A DNA stretch of 64,000 bases from NCBI GenBank assembly GCA_963810095.1, contig CAWEMM010000006.1, positions 1,344,001 to 1,408,000 on the forward strand, given 5' to 3'. Position numbers and translations under genes: made by a program. Every line of letters begins with the position of its first letter. The first letter of the stretch is position 1. Positions 1 to 9,788 of this stretch are shown here, one piece after another. A model generated the notes under the pieces. That model was not told the DNA's origin. It searched no databases and saw only the letters and a program-made list of their open reading frames with translations. The stretch is from an uncultured Chloroflexia bacterium (GTDB taxonomy: Bacteria > Chloroflexota > Anaerolineae > CG2-30-64-16).

Positions 1-185
1 AGCGGCGCATCGTTCGCGTGCGCTCCCATTGCGGATGTGGCACCCGGTCCGCCGTCAGAGAGGCTGGGGAGGAAGAAAGGATAGAGGAACGCGCCGAGCC
101 CGATCAGGCTCGCCAACACCATGATGGCGGCCGAAAGCAACTTCGACGACGCGGCCGCTCGGCTTGAAGTGCGCACCACGGCCAT
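1..185 (-). CDS. ECF transporter S component (cobalamin-type), 5' part; truncated by the window edge, probable frameshift near 55
   Basis: ATG at 185 overlaps the ATPase TAA. The N-terminus ...LLSAAIMVLASLIGLGAFLYPFFLP is hydrophobic, and the gene sits last in an ECF operon. Confidence 0.55.
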   Translation of the reverse strand, partial: MAVVRTSSRAAASSKLLSAAIMVLASLIGLGAFLYPFFLPSLSDGGPGATSAMGAHANDAP

Positions 186-1876
186 TACGCCTGCTCCGCG
201 GCATGTTGGCTCGCGCCGGCCAGCCCGAGGGCCGCGAGCACGTCACCCACCACGAGAAAATGCGGGTCGCGGAAGAGCTTGTTAACCTGGGACGCGAACA
301 CCTGCGAGTCGCTCATTACTTCGCGGGCCGGCCCGTCCACCACGATCTGCCCCTCGCCCATCAACACGACCCGGTCTACGCAGGCCGCAGCCAACTCGAC
401 GTCGTGCGTCGCCATGACCACGGTCCGGCATGCGGCCTTGAGCTTCAGCAGCAACTCGGCAAGGCTGCGCTTCTGGAGGATGTCCAGGCCCCGGGTCGGC
501 TCGTCGAGGAGGATGATCTGGGGCTGGGCCACCAGGATCGTCGCCAACGCGGCCCGCTGCTGTTCGCCGCCGCTCAAATCGCGGGGGTCCCGCTCGGCCG
601 CATGCGCCAGCCCCAGCTCGGCCAGCAGGGCCAGGTCGCCTTCCGGGTCGGGCGGCATGCCGTGGCTGCGGCGCGTAAACGCCAGCTCGTCGACGAGTTT
701 CTCGCTGAAGAGAAGCGCACCGGGGTGCTGCGGGACATATCCGACGTAGCGCACCAGCGCGTCGGTATCTGCCGTGCGCGTGTCCAGGCCACTCACCAGC
801 ACCTGGCCCTCGCCCGGCTTCAGCAGCCCGATCAGCGCCTTAAGGAGCGTGCTCTTGCCCGAGCCGTTGCGGCCCATCAGCGCGATAAACTCACCCTGCC
901 GTACGTCAAGCGACACGCCGCGCAGCGCGCGGTGGCGGTGATAGGCATAGTGCAGGTTGCGAACGGAGATGGCGAGAGACGGGGAAACGGGCAGCGGCTG
1001 AGCGGAAGAAGAGGGCTGCCCGTCCATCCGATGATCCGTCGCCTCTTGCGCCGCTACTGCGCTTGCCAGCCGGGGCGCGACCCGGCGGACGAACGGCCTG
1101 GCTTCCTTCGTCGTCAGGGGCAGCGGGTCCCAGCCCAGCGTGCGGCCCAGCTCAACCAGCGGCGGAACCATCGGCAGTGCGCCGAGCACCACTCGCGGCT
1201 CGTCCAGCACGGGCGCTGCGCCCAGCTCGGGCAGGTACAGCACGCGATCGACGTACTGCACGACCCGTTCGAGCCGGTGCTCGCTGAGGATGACGGTGAG
1301 CCCCTGGTCTTCGTTCAGATGGCGCAGCGCGATCAACACCTCTTCCGCGGCCTGCGGGTCGAGCTGCGACGTCGGCTCGTCAAGCACCAGGATGTGCGGC
1401 TGGAGCGCGAGCACGCCCGCTATCGCCACCCGCTGCTTCTCGCCGCCTGAAAGGGTGCTGATCCGCCGCTGGCGCAGCTCGGCGATGCCCATCTGGTCCA
1501 GCACTTCTTCGATGCGCTTGCGCATGGTCGCCGGCGCGAGCCCAAAGTTCTCCATCGCGAACGCGAGCTCGTCCTCCACCGTGTCGACTACGAACTGCGA
1601 CTCGGGGTCCTGGAAGACGAACCCCACCAGGTCGGCCATCCCCCGCGGCGCCAGCTCGACGGGGTCGCGCCCGCCCACGCTGATCTGCCCGGACCACCTG
1701 CCGCCAAAGAAATGAGGCACGAGCCCGTTGAGGCTGCGCAGGAAAGTCGACTTGCCCGAGCCCGAAGGCCCGACGACCAGCACAAATTCGCCCTCATCCA
1801 GGGCGACGCTAAAGTCCCGCAGCGCCGGCGCGTCCTGCTCGGGATAGCTGTACGTTACGTGAGATAGCTCGATCAT
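185..1876 (-). CDS. ECF transporter ATPase with two fused ABC domains
   Basis: Two Walker A motifs (GPSGSGKST, GRNGSGKST), LSGGEKQR and LSGGEQQR signatures, FQDPESQ Q-loop. Start MIELSHVTYSY overlaps the stop of the T component. Confidence 0.92.
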   Translation of the reverse strand: MIELSHVTYSYPEQDAPALRDFSVALDEGEFVLVVGPSGSGKSTFLRSLNGLVPHFFGGRWSGQISVGGRDPVELAPRGMADLVGFVFQDPESQFVVDTVEDELAFAMENFGLAPATMRKRIEEVLDQMGIAELRQRRISTLSGGEKQRVAIAGVLALQPHILVLDEPTSQLDPQAAEEVLIALRHLNEDQGLTVILSEHRLERVVQYVDRVLYLPELGAAPVLDEPRVVLGALPMVPPLVELGRTLGWDPLPLTTKEARPFVRRVAPRLASAVAAQEATDHRMDGQPSSSAQPLPVSPSLAISVRNLHYAYHRHRALRGVSLDVRQGEFIALMGRNGSGKSTLLKALIGLLKPGEGQVLVSGLDTRTADTDALVRYVGYVPQHPGALLFSEKLVDELAFTRRSHGMPPDPEGDLALLAELGLAHAAERDPRDLSGGEQQRAALATILVAQPQIILLDEPTRGLDILQKRSLAELLLKLKAACRTVVMATHDVELAAACVDRVVLMGEGQIVVDGPAREVMSDSQVFASQVNKLFRDPHFLVVGDVLAALGLAGASQHAAEQA

Positions 1877-2977
1877 GCTGGCGTCATGGCCTCCGGGATA
1901 TCGCCTGGCGGCATGACGCTGGCGTTCTCCTCTTCGTGCGGCAGCAGCAAGCCGGGCACGGCCAGGAGCAGCAACACCACGCCGATCACGGGGCTGAACG
2001 TCGGGCCAGGGCGAGTAGGGCATGTACGGGTAGTAGTGGAGCCAGCCGGGGCGGACGAACATCACGGCCAGCCAGGCGGTCACCCCGAAAAGACCGAGCG
2101 CAACGACCACTACGTCGAGCCGCGACCACGGCCAACGCCGGTAGCGCGTGCGCCGCGAGCGCCGTCCGACGTCCCAGAAGCTCCACATCATCAGGGCCAG
2201 CCCACCGGCCACCTGCAGCCCGCCCACAATGGACAAGGCGGGCCAGAAGGCATCGACCGACAGGCCGAGCCCGACCAGTGCCAGCCCGCCGAGCAGCGCG
2301 AGTTGGTGGGCGAGCCGCTGCCGCGGGGTAACCGCGAGCACCTGCCCACCGAACCCGCGCGCCTCCATCGACCCCGCCAGGTTCATTGCTCTTTCGAGCG
2401 CGGTGACCAGCAGCGGCATGAGCAGCGGCAGCAGGTCGCGCAGCCCGCGCACTTTGTGCCCGCGCACCTGCTGTGCCTCGCGGATCGACTGCCACGTCGC
2501 CACCATGGTGGGTACAAAAGCCACCGCGATACCTGCGACCACGCCGGCCTGGTAGAGAAAGCCAGGCGTCAGCCGCAGCAGCCGCGCCTGGTCGACCGCA
2601 ATGTTGAACGTGGCGAAGATCAGCAGCAGAGAAATGATGGCCAGCCCGCCGCTCAGCCCGAACAGAAGAGCCTCCAGCGTGATCGCGCCCCCGATGATGG
2701 GCCAGGCCCGCGGCAGGCGGAAGAGCACGATGGTCCCGCCATGCGAAGTCAGCATCGTGAACGGAATCGTGAGCAGCCACAGAATGGCGCCGAAGCGGAC
2801 GAACGCGCCCCAACTGCGGGCGGTCGGGTTACGGCGCCCCAGGGCCGCGTAAGTTACACCCACGGCCAGGAGGATCAGGCTGAGATAGAGCGGATTGCGC
2901 GTTGAAAGTGCCGGCAGCGCAGCCGCCGCCAGCCAGGCCGTCCAGGCCAGGGGATGAAAGGTCTCTTCTGTCGCCAA
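1873..2977 (-). CDS. ECF transporter transmembrane T component (frameshift near 2004)
   Basis: HPLAW N-terminus, AQQVRG and SMEARGF motifs. Removing one base near 2004 restores a final TM helix and a TGA overlapping the ATPase ATG. Confidence 0.88.
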
Positions 2978-3030
2978 GCGTGTCTCGATGCCCGCCGGTT
3001 ACGGACGCGCCCCCCTTCCCGTCTCGCAGG

Positions 3031-3067
3031 AAAAAGGACGCCGGGGTCTCGTTACCGGCCTTCGTCT
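3031..3067 (-). terminator. possible intra-operon terminator-like hairpin
   Basis: Minus strand reads GACGAAGGCCGG...CCGGCGTCC followed by TTTTT, between the surface-protein genes and ecfT. Confidence 0.4.
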
Positions 3068-3099
3068 GTGCCCTTCGTGCTGAGTGCCCAGGGAAGGCA

Positions 3100-4490
3100 C
3101 TATTCCCCTTCGCCCGGGGCCGTGACCTGGCCATTCCGGCGCCGCAAGGTGAACCATGCCATTACAAGCAGCGCAGCAACCGTCACAATGTAGGCCGCAT
3201 ACTGCGGCAGCAGATCCGGCGTGAACGCCCGGCTCTGCACCAACTGCTGCGCCCCCACCGCGCCCGCACCACGGCCGCTCGCGGCCCTTGCATCCGGCGC
3301 CTGTCCCGCGCCCCGCCGGCGCGCGCGATCAACAGCGGCGTGGGCGTCGGACCATCGGCCCCCAGCATCCGACGTGGCCGCGGCGTTTCCGTCGGCGGCA
3401 GGCTGAATGCATAGCGTGTCGGCGTGTACCGGGGCGTCGGAATGGCTGCTTCGGCCGGCTCAGCCGTCGGTGCAAGCGGCACCCCCCCGGCCAACTCGGC
3501 CTGCGTGCCCAGGATGGCCGATTGGTCCGGGGTGGGCAGCACAGCCGGCGGCTGCGTCATAATCGGACGTTGGACGGCGGTCGGCGCTGCCGGCCGCGGC
3601 GAAGGCGTCGCACCCGGCGTGCTGCCACCGGTCGCGGCGACCTGAATCGACACCTGCCTGGTCGTCTGCCCCGCAGGGTTCACCGCGACCAGGGTCCACG
3701 TTCGCGTCGCCGGCGGGCACACCTGTTGCGATCCGTTCGTCGCCACCGCCGCGCCGTCCAGGGTCACCGAAGTCGCGTCGCTGGTCTGCCAGTTGAGCAC
3801 GGTGCACTGGGGCGCCACCAAGGTCTGCGCCCCGGCTGTGAACGTGACCTGGGGCGCGGTGCCCGGCGGGGCCGCCTGCGTTTCGGCCGTTGCAGTGGCC
3901 GTGGCCGTGGGAGTCGCCGTATTGCTCGCTGCGGCAGCCGTACAAACGTCGTCGAACGTCACGTCGGGCGCCGGCGCGCCGTTATCGGCGTCGCCCGAGC
4001 CCCACGCCCAGCCGTGCATGCCGCCGTTCCTCACGACGACGGTCTCGGCCATCACACCCCATTGGGAATAGATCCAGCCGTCGCCGCCCCAGTGGTAAAA
4101 GGCCCAATACTGGCAGTCCTGAAAATTCTGGCACCGGCAAAAACAATCGTCGGTCGGGCAACCCTCGACGCCGATGCTGCAAACCGCGCCTTCCGGCGAG
4201 ATTGCCGGCGCCAGCCCCGACCGCTGCAACAGTTCGTCGCCGCCGATATCCTCTTCACTGAACGCTACGCAGCGGCTCTCCACGTGGCCGTCGCCAAACT
4301 TGACCGCCACTGCGGCCCGGTTGGGCCCGCTGCCCACGACCTGCGACTGGGGCTGTGCGCCGGCAAGCGCCGGTCCCGCCGACGCCTGGACGACCGGCAC
4401 GGGCGTGCGCGTGGCGATCAGCGCCGCTGCCAGCAGCGCGGCAGTCAGCAGGACCGGACGAACCAGGCGCATGACGAAGATCCTCGACAC
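3100..4490 (-). CDS. secreted, membrane-anchored protein with DUF4430/transcobalamin beta-domain-like region and Pro/Thr linker (frameshift near 3312)
   Basis: Signal peptide and VCSIGVEGCPTDDCFC..YWAFYHW motif. The alternative frame gives a C-terminal TM segment LPQYAAYIVTVAALLVMAWFTLRRR ending at TAG 3100. Confidence 0.7.
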
Positions 4491-4507
4491 CGGCGGCTCC
4501 TACGTGC

Positions 4508-5080
4508 CTACGCTCGCGCGCGCAGCCGCCGGGCATAGCCGGCGAGCGCCGCGATGCCGCCGCCCAGCAGCAGCAGCGTCCCCGGCTCGGGCACCGAAAC
4601 GGGGGGGTTCTGCGCCGCAAGCAGTTGCTCGAACGTGTAGACCGGCGGCTTGACCGTCGGGTTGAACTGAGCGTCAAAACCGCTCCACGCCCAGCCTTCG
4701 ACAGCCCGATTGGCGGGGACATAAGCCCCGACACCCTCGGAGGCGCTCGCCCACGCCCCATTGGCCAGGTGATAATACGCCCAGAAGTGCTCGGCGTCGC
4801 AGAAGCAGTCGTCTGCCGGGCAGCCCGTCGTGTTGATCTTGCACAGCGACGTCCCAAACGAGCTATCTGCCGTGGCAATGGTCACGTTCGCGGCGCGCAG
4901 TGCATCCAGGCTCGTCGCCGCCGCCGGCACCGTCACTACTTGCAGGTGCGTCGTGCCGTTGGGAAAGGCAATGACAACGCCGACCTGCTTGGTGGCCCCG
5001 CCCTGAGCAAGAGCGGAGCTTGCCGTGAGCGCCAAGAGCACAAGCACCAGGACGAGAACGATGGAAGTGCGATGAGACAT
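4508..5080 (-). CDS. secreted DUF4430-like beta-domain protein with PEP-CTERM sorting signal
   Basis: GAGGAGG RBS, signal peptide, LCKINTTGCPADDCFC..FWAYYH motif, and C-terminus VPEPGTLLLLGGGIAALAGYARRLRAR. Confidence 0.8.
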   Translation of the reverse strand: MSHRTSIVLVLVLVLLALTASSALAQGGATKQVGVVIAFPNGTTHLQVVTVPAAATSLDALRAANVTIATADSSFGTSLCKINTTGCPADDCFCDAEHFWAYYHLANGAWASASEGVGAYVPANRAVEGWAWSGFDAQFNPTVKPPVYTFEQLLAAQNPPVSVPEPGTLLLLGGGIAALAGYARRLRARA

Positions 5081-5127
5081 AACGGATCCTCCTCTATTTG
5101 CAGGACGGCCGTTGGGCCGCCCCTGAA

Positions 5128-6193
5128 CTAACGCACCAGCAGCACGGGCAAGTACATCCTGCGGCACTCGCCGCCGGGCTGCCCCTGCGCCTGCAGCAAC
5201 CCCGCCAGCGCATCGGCGGTCGCCGTCAGGCGAATCTCTTCGCCGCCGGGCACGGCCGTGTAGACGAACGCGCCGCTCGCTTCCTGGAAGGCCAGCAGCG
5301 CCTGGAGCGCGCTCTTGCCGCCCTTGACGAACGGCGCGGCGTCCGGATTACGCCCGCTGGCCCGTAGCCCGCCGACCGCCAGGCCGGTCGAGTTCGCGTT
5401 CGGCGCCTTGGTGGTGGGTGCGGGCACGTCCGCCCACCCGGCCGTTTCTAACTGCGCCCGGGCCAAAAAGTCTGCCGCCGGCGCGAGCGTCACATCACAC
5501 GCCGCCAACGGGGCCCGTCCCAGCACTGTCAGCACCCGGCCGGTTGTGTCCACGTCGGACGGCGGTGGCGTCTTGCCCGGCAGGGGGAATGCCCAGGCCC
5601 AGCCCCCGTCTGCTAGCTGTGTCTGGCGCAAGGCCGAGTATGCCGGCCCGGGGACGGGCACGTTGGAGCGCTGGAGCGCTTCCACTGCGACCGTGTGGCG
5701 GTAAAGATAGCTCGGATGATACCGCCCGGTCGCCGGATCATAGGCCGCCTGAATCACGCCGATTAGGTCCATGCCACCGAACGCCCGGGGGTTACGTCCC
5801 GCCGCCGCGACGGCCACGCGCGACCTTGCCGGCTTGCCCCGCGTCCGACTTCGCGTAGGCCGGCGCCAGCTTCGCCAGCGCGTCCAGGGCGCTCTGGCCG
5901 TTCTTCGTCCAGGCCGGCCCGCCGGGGTCTTCGCCCGCCAGTGCCAGGGCAAAGACTACGTCGGCAGTCATGGCGGCGCTCGCTTTGCCGTTGACGCCGA
6001 ACGCCCCATCGTACAAATGCCCCGGGTCGGTCAGTTGCTGGGTGTGCAGCCACTGCACGGCCAGCGCCACCGGGTCGCCGGCAAGGGCCTGCACCGGATC
6101 AGCCGCAGCCAGACGCGGGGCGGGCGCCGCGATGGCAGCCAGCAGCACCGCGGCCGACAAAAGAAGGACCAGGTTTCTATTTAGCGTCCGCAT
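5128..6193 (-). CDS. secreted prenyltransferase/squalene-cyclase-repeat (alpha/alpha barrel) protein (frameshift near 5820)
   Basis: Signal peptide, QW-type repeats (WLHTQQ..DGAF, LRQTQLADGGW, LARAQLETAGW, LLAFQEASGAF), DVDTTG and NANSTG motifs, C-terminal MYLPVLLVR. Confidence 0.78.
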
Positions 6194-6333
6194 CAGAGCA
6201 CCCGGGAAAACAAAAAGCACCCCGGACCAAGGGGTGCTTGTGTCTCCTGAAAAAGGCCCGACACAACAAAAAACCCCTTGCCCGGCAGTGGCAAGGGGAG
6301 CGGCCGATCCGTGAACAGCACACACCTGTCCAC
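6193..6333 (-). CDS. putative leader peptide (about 46 aa) downstream of the cobalamin riboswitch
   Basis: GTG at 6333 (or 6342) follows a purine-rich GAGGTAAAGGGAG. The frame stays open through both terminator hairpins and its TGA overlaps the next ATG (TGATG). Confidence 0.5.
   Translation of the reverse strand: MDRCVLFTDRPLPLPLPGKGFFVVSGLFQETQAPLGPGCFLFSRVL
6205..6240 (-). terminator. intrinsic terminator 2 in the riboswitch leader
   Basis: AAGCACCCC-TTGGTCC-GGGGTGCTT followed by TTTGTTTT on the minus strand. Confidence 0.75.
6263..6298 (-). terminator. intrinsic terminator 1 in the riboswitch leader
   Basis: CCCCTTGCC-ACTGCCG-GGCAAGGGG followed by TTTTTTGTTG on the minus strand. Confidence 0.8.
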
Positions 6334-6339
6334 GGTTCC

Positions 6340-6495
6340 CACTCCCTTTACCTCGAAGGTCGTCGAGAACTGCGGCGGAGGCGGGTTTTCTGGCTCGCCC
6401 AAATGCAATGGGCCTACAGTTGCGGGACAGCGCCGGCTTGCCTGCCGTGGCAGGGCACCGGCTTTCCCCATTTCTCCACCGAAGCATATTCGTTT
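6340..6495 (-). promoter_or_regulatory. cobalamin riboswitch
   Basis: Minus strand contains GGGGAAAGCCGGTG...AAGCCGGCGCTGTCCCGCAACTGT...GAGCCAGAAAACCCGCC (B12 box) and a downstream CCTTCGAGGTAAAGG hairpin. It lies upstream of an ECF operon. Confidence 0.93.
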
Positions 6496-6551
6496 GTACG
6501 CTGGCCTAGCGTAGCACAGGAAGCGGGTGTCGTCAAATGACTTTCGTCATA

Positions 6552-7682
6552 TCAGCGCAACATCACCTCCTGCGCCCGTGCCCGCCCCGCGTCGGTCAGG
6601 ATCAAACGCGCCCCGTCGTCGACCCGCCGGATGAACCCCTGCCGGTCAAGTTGGCCCGCAACCGCTTCGCCAAACCCGTCGGGCCACCGCATGTGGCGCG
6701 CCATGTGCTCGACGGTTGCTTCGAGACCCGACGCAGCCGAATCTTGCAGCCCTCCGGCCTCGTGCTGCGAAAGGTGCACCAGGAGCATTTCACCGGCAAA
6801 CTGCCGGCGCTGCCGGCGGCGCAGCAGCGCCTTGCGTACCAGGCCGCGCTGGGGCGCGAACAGCAACGCCAGGAGAAACGCGACCCCGGTCATCGTCGCC
6901 ATGCTGCCCGCAATCGAGGCATCCAGCGCCCGCGCCAGCCCAAAACCCAGGACGGCCGAGAGCACTCCGATTCCAACCGACAGACCGAGCATCCGCGGCA
7001 GGCGGTCGGTGAGCAGGTACGCGGCCGCCGGGGGCGCGATCATCAGCGCCACGACCAGGACCGTGCCGGCTGCCTCGAACGAACTGACGGCCGTCACCGA
7101 AACCAGGGTCATCAGGCCGTAATGGATCACCACGGGCGAGAAGCCGAGCGCAGCCGCCAGCGCAGGATCGAACGTCGCCAGCTTCAATTCCTTATAGAAC
7201 AGGGTGATGAACAGCACGTTGAGCGCGCCGACGCCGAGCGCCAACCACAGCGCCTGCGGCCCGATGTCGACGCCGAACACGACCGTGCGGTTGAACGGCG
7301 CAAAGGCCAGCTCGCCCAACAGCACGGCATCCACGTCCAGGTGGACATTGGCGGCGTAACGCGTGATCAGGATGACGCCGAGCGAGAAGAGCAGCGGAAA
7401 GACGAGCCCGATTGCCGCATCCTCCTTGACCAGTTGCGTGCGCGTCAGCGCCTCGACCAGAACCACGGTCAGCACCCCCGTGACGGTCGCGGCCACGATG
7501 AGCAGGGGCGACGTGGTGCTCTCGACGACAAAGAACATCAGCACGATCCCAAACAGGATCGCATGGCTGATTGCGTCCGACATCAGCGCCATGCGCCGCA
7601 ACACGAGGAAGCTGCCAATCAGCGCGCAGCTTGCCGCCACCGCCGCCGCAATCAATACAATCTCAATCTGTGCCTGTACCAT
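6552..7682 (-). CDS. mntD: Mn/Fe/Zn ABC transporter permease with C-terminal helical extension (TroD/MntD-like)
   Basis: VLRRMALMSDAISHAILFG, HLDVDAVLLGEL and KELKLATFDP motifs. Confidence 0.88.
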   Translation of the reverse strand: MVQAQIEIVLIAAAVAASCALIGSFLVLRRMALMSDAISHAILFGIVLMFFVVESTTSPLLIVAATVTGVLTVVLVEALTRTQLVKEDAAIGLVFPLLFSLGVILITRYAANVHLDVDAVLLGELAFAPFNRTVVFGVDIGPQALWLALGVGALNVLFITLFYKELKLATFDPALAAALGFSPVVIHYGLMTLVSVTAVSSFEAAGTVLVVALMIAPPAAAYLLTDRLPRMLGLSVGIGVLSAVLGFGLARALDASIAGSMATMTGVAFLLALLFAPQRGLVRKALLRRRQRRQFAGEMLLVHLSQHEAGGLQDSAASGLEATVEHMARHMRWPDGFGEAVAGQLDRQGFIRRVDDGARLILTDAGRARAQEVMLR

Positions 7683-7696
7683 GCGTCTGCCTCATC

Positions 7697-7785
7697 TCAC
7701 CACCAAGGCCCGAAGCCACAAGGATTCACCGAGTCACGAAGATGCCTTCGTGTCGCCTCGTGTCTTCGTTTCTTTGTGGTTCATC
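7697..7785. repeat. REP-like imperfect palindrome, family A (CACCAAG/CACGAAG...CTTCGTG/CTTTGTGG)
   Basis: Similar element at 25217-25300 and a degenerate one at about 48942-49001. Confidence 0.65.
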
Positions 7786-8905
7786 ATCGTTCCATCGCCC
7801 GCCGCGCCGACTCGCGCCCCTTGTCGGTGAGCGCCAGCCGGTCGCCCGAACGCGTGATCAGCGCGCCGTCCTGCGCACGACTCACGACCGCCTCCGCGTA
7901 GCCGGGCGACCACCGCATGTGGCTGCTGGCATGGGCCACTTCCGACTCGAAGGCCGCGCCCGGCGCGCCGGCGGCAACAGCGCCCTCGTGCTGCAGCAGG
8001 TGGACCGCCAGCGCCTCCTGCGCAAACTGCCACTTCTGGCGCCGGCGCTGACGGGTGCGGGCGAGCAGCCCGCGGCGCGGGGCGAACAACAGCGAGAAAA
8101 GCACCACTGCGCTCATGTAGACCACAATCACGGGGCCGGTGGGCAGCCGGGGCACGAGACTGCTCGTGATCGCACCGAGCAGCCCCACCAGGGCGCCGAA
8201 CGCGCCCGCCAGGGGCACCATCACGTTCAGCTTCTCGGTCCACTGGCGGGCTGCCGAAGCCGGCGCGACGAGCATTGCGCTCATCAGCACCACGCCCACC
8301 GTTTGGATGCCCACCACGATCGCTACGACCATCAGCGTAATCAGCAAAATCTCGAGCATTTTGGCGGGGTACCCGAGGCTGGCGCCGAAATCCGGATCGA
8401 AGGTCAGCAGCTTGAACTCCTTCCAGAAGAGCATGACCAGCACAAGCGCCGCGCCGCCCAGCGCTGCCATGGTAATGAGGTCCCGGCCGAGCAACGTCGC
8501 TGCCTGCCCGAACAGAAACTTGTCCAGCCCGGCCTTGCCTGCGCTTGGCAGGCGCTGGATGAAGGTCAGCAGCAGCAGGCCGAACCCGAAGAAGACCGCC
8601 AGCGCGATCCCCAGCGCGGCATCCGGCTTGATGCGGGTGTGCCCGGTCACCTGGAGCACCAGCACCGTGGCCAGCCAGCCTGCGGCAATGGCGCCCAGCG
8701 CCAGCACCAACGGTTCTTTGCTGCCCGTGATCAGGAAGGCCAGCGCCACGCCCGGCAGCGCGGCATGGGAAATCGCATCCCCGAGCAAGCTCTGGCGGCG
8801 CAAGACGGCGAACACTCCCAGCACACCGCTGACGAGCCCCAGCAAGGCCGAACCGAGCGCCACCGTGCGCAGCGTGTAATCCGTAAAGAGTAAGAGCAAA
8901 TCCAT
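7784..8905 (-). CDS. mntC: Mn/Fe/Zn ABC transporter permease (TroC/MntC-like)
   Basis: VLRRQSLLGDAISHAALPG, GLDKFLFGQAA and KEFKLLTFDP motifs. Confidence 0.88.
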   Translation of the reverse strand: MDLLLLFTDYTLRTVALGSALLGLVSGVLGVFAVLRRQSLLGDAISHAALPGVALAFLITGSKEPLVLALGAIAAGWLATVLVLQVTGHTRIKPDAALGIALAVFFGFGLLLLTFIQRLPSAGKAGLDKFLFGQAATLLGRDLITMAALGGAALVLVMLFWKEFKLLTFDPDFGASLGYPAKMLEILLITLMVVAIVVGIQTVGVVLMSAMLVAPASAARQWTEKLNVMVPLAGAFGALVGLLGAITSSLVPRLPTGPVIVVYMSAVVLFSLLFAPRRGLLARTRQRRRQKWQFAQEALAVHLLQHEGAVAAGAPGAAFESEVAHASSHMRWSPGYAEAVVSRAQDGALITRSGDRLALTDKGRESARRAMER

Positions 8906-8945
8906 ACACTGACCTATCTGATGCGAGTCGGAAAGGAAGTCCGGT

Positions 8946-9767
8946 TCAACTAACCGGACTGATGCCTATGAGCCTCTCAGCAGAGGCATCCTGTGCATCA
9001 ATCGCACCGGTTTGCTCGGCGTTCGCTTCCGCCCTGCCCAGGAAAGCAATCCGCCCGCCGTACGCCCGGCGCAGGTTCTCTTCCGTGAACACCTCGGCCA
9101 CCGGCCCGCTCGCGATCCGCCGCACGTTCAGCAACATCACCCAGTCGAAGTATTCCGGCACGGTCTGCAGATCGTGATGGACGACGACCACGGTCTTGCC
9201 TTGCCGCCGCAGCTCGCGCAGCAGCGCCACGATGGCCCGCTCCGTCGTTGCGTCGACCCCGGCAAACGGCTCGTCCATCAGGTACACCCGCGCATCCTGC
9301 ACAAGCGCACGGGCCAGGAAAACCCGCTGCTGCTGCCCGCCCGAGAGCTGGCTGATTTGCCGGGCCGCGAAGTCGGCCATCCCCACCTTCGCCAGCGCTT
9401 CCATTGCCAGGTCGCGCTCCGCCTTGCCCGGCCGGCGCACCCAGCCCACCCGGCGATACAGGCCCATCGTCACCACGTCCAAGGCGTCCGTAGGAAAGTC
9501 CCAGTCGACGCTGCCGCGCTGGGGCACGTACCCCACCAGGCGCCGCTGTTCGGCGTAGGGCCGGCCGTAGATGCGCACCTGTCCCGCGGCCGGCGAAGCC
9601 AGCCCCAGCACGGTCTTCATCAGGGTCGACTTGCCCGCACCGTTGGGTCCAACGATAGCCATCAGCACCCCCTCGGGCGCCTCGAGGTCCACGTCCCACA
9701 GCACCGGTTTCTCGTGATACGCCACCGTCAGGTCGGTGGCCTCAATCGCCAACGCTCGCTCGTTCAT
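8946..9767 (-). CDS. mntB: Mn/Fe/Zn ABC transporter ATPase (TroB/MntB)
   Basis: [37 protein letters not shown]. Confidence 0.92.
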   Translation of the reverse strand: MNERALAIEATDLTVAYHEKPVLWDVDLEAPEGVLMAIVGPNGAGKSTLMKTVLGLASPAAGQVRIYGRPYAEQRRLVGYVPQRGSVDWDFPTDALDVVTMGLYRRVGWVRRPGKAERDLAMEALAKVGMADFAARQISQLSGGQQQRVFLARALVQDARVYLMDEPFAGVDATTERAIVALLRELRRQGKTVVVVHHDLQTVPEYFDWVMLLNVRRIASGPVAEVFTEENLRRAYGGRIAFLGRAEANAEQTGAIDAQDASAERLIGISPVS

Positions 9768-9788
9768 CCACTCATCTCCGGTCCGCCG

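Noticed and set aside
185-2977. 930-aa EcfT-ATPase fusion in the ORF track
   Set aside because: It is produced by one extra base near 2004. The corrected frame gives a normal final TM helix and an ATGA stop-start overlap.
5128-6193. Terpene cyclase or hopanoid synthesis together with the HpnA-like gene at 38810
   Set aside because: The protein is secreted, single-barrel, lacks DXDD, and lies in a B12-regulated transport operon far from the reductase.
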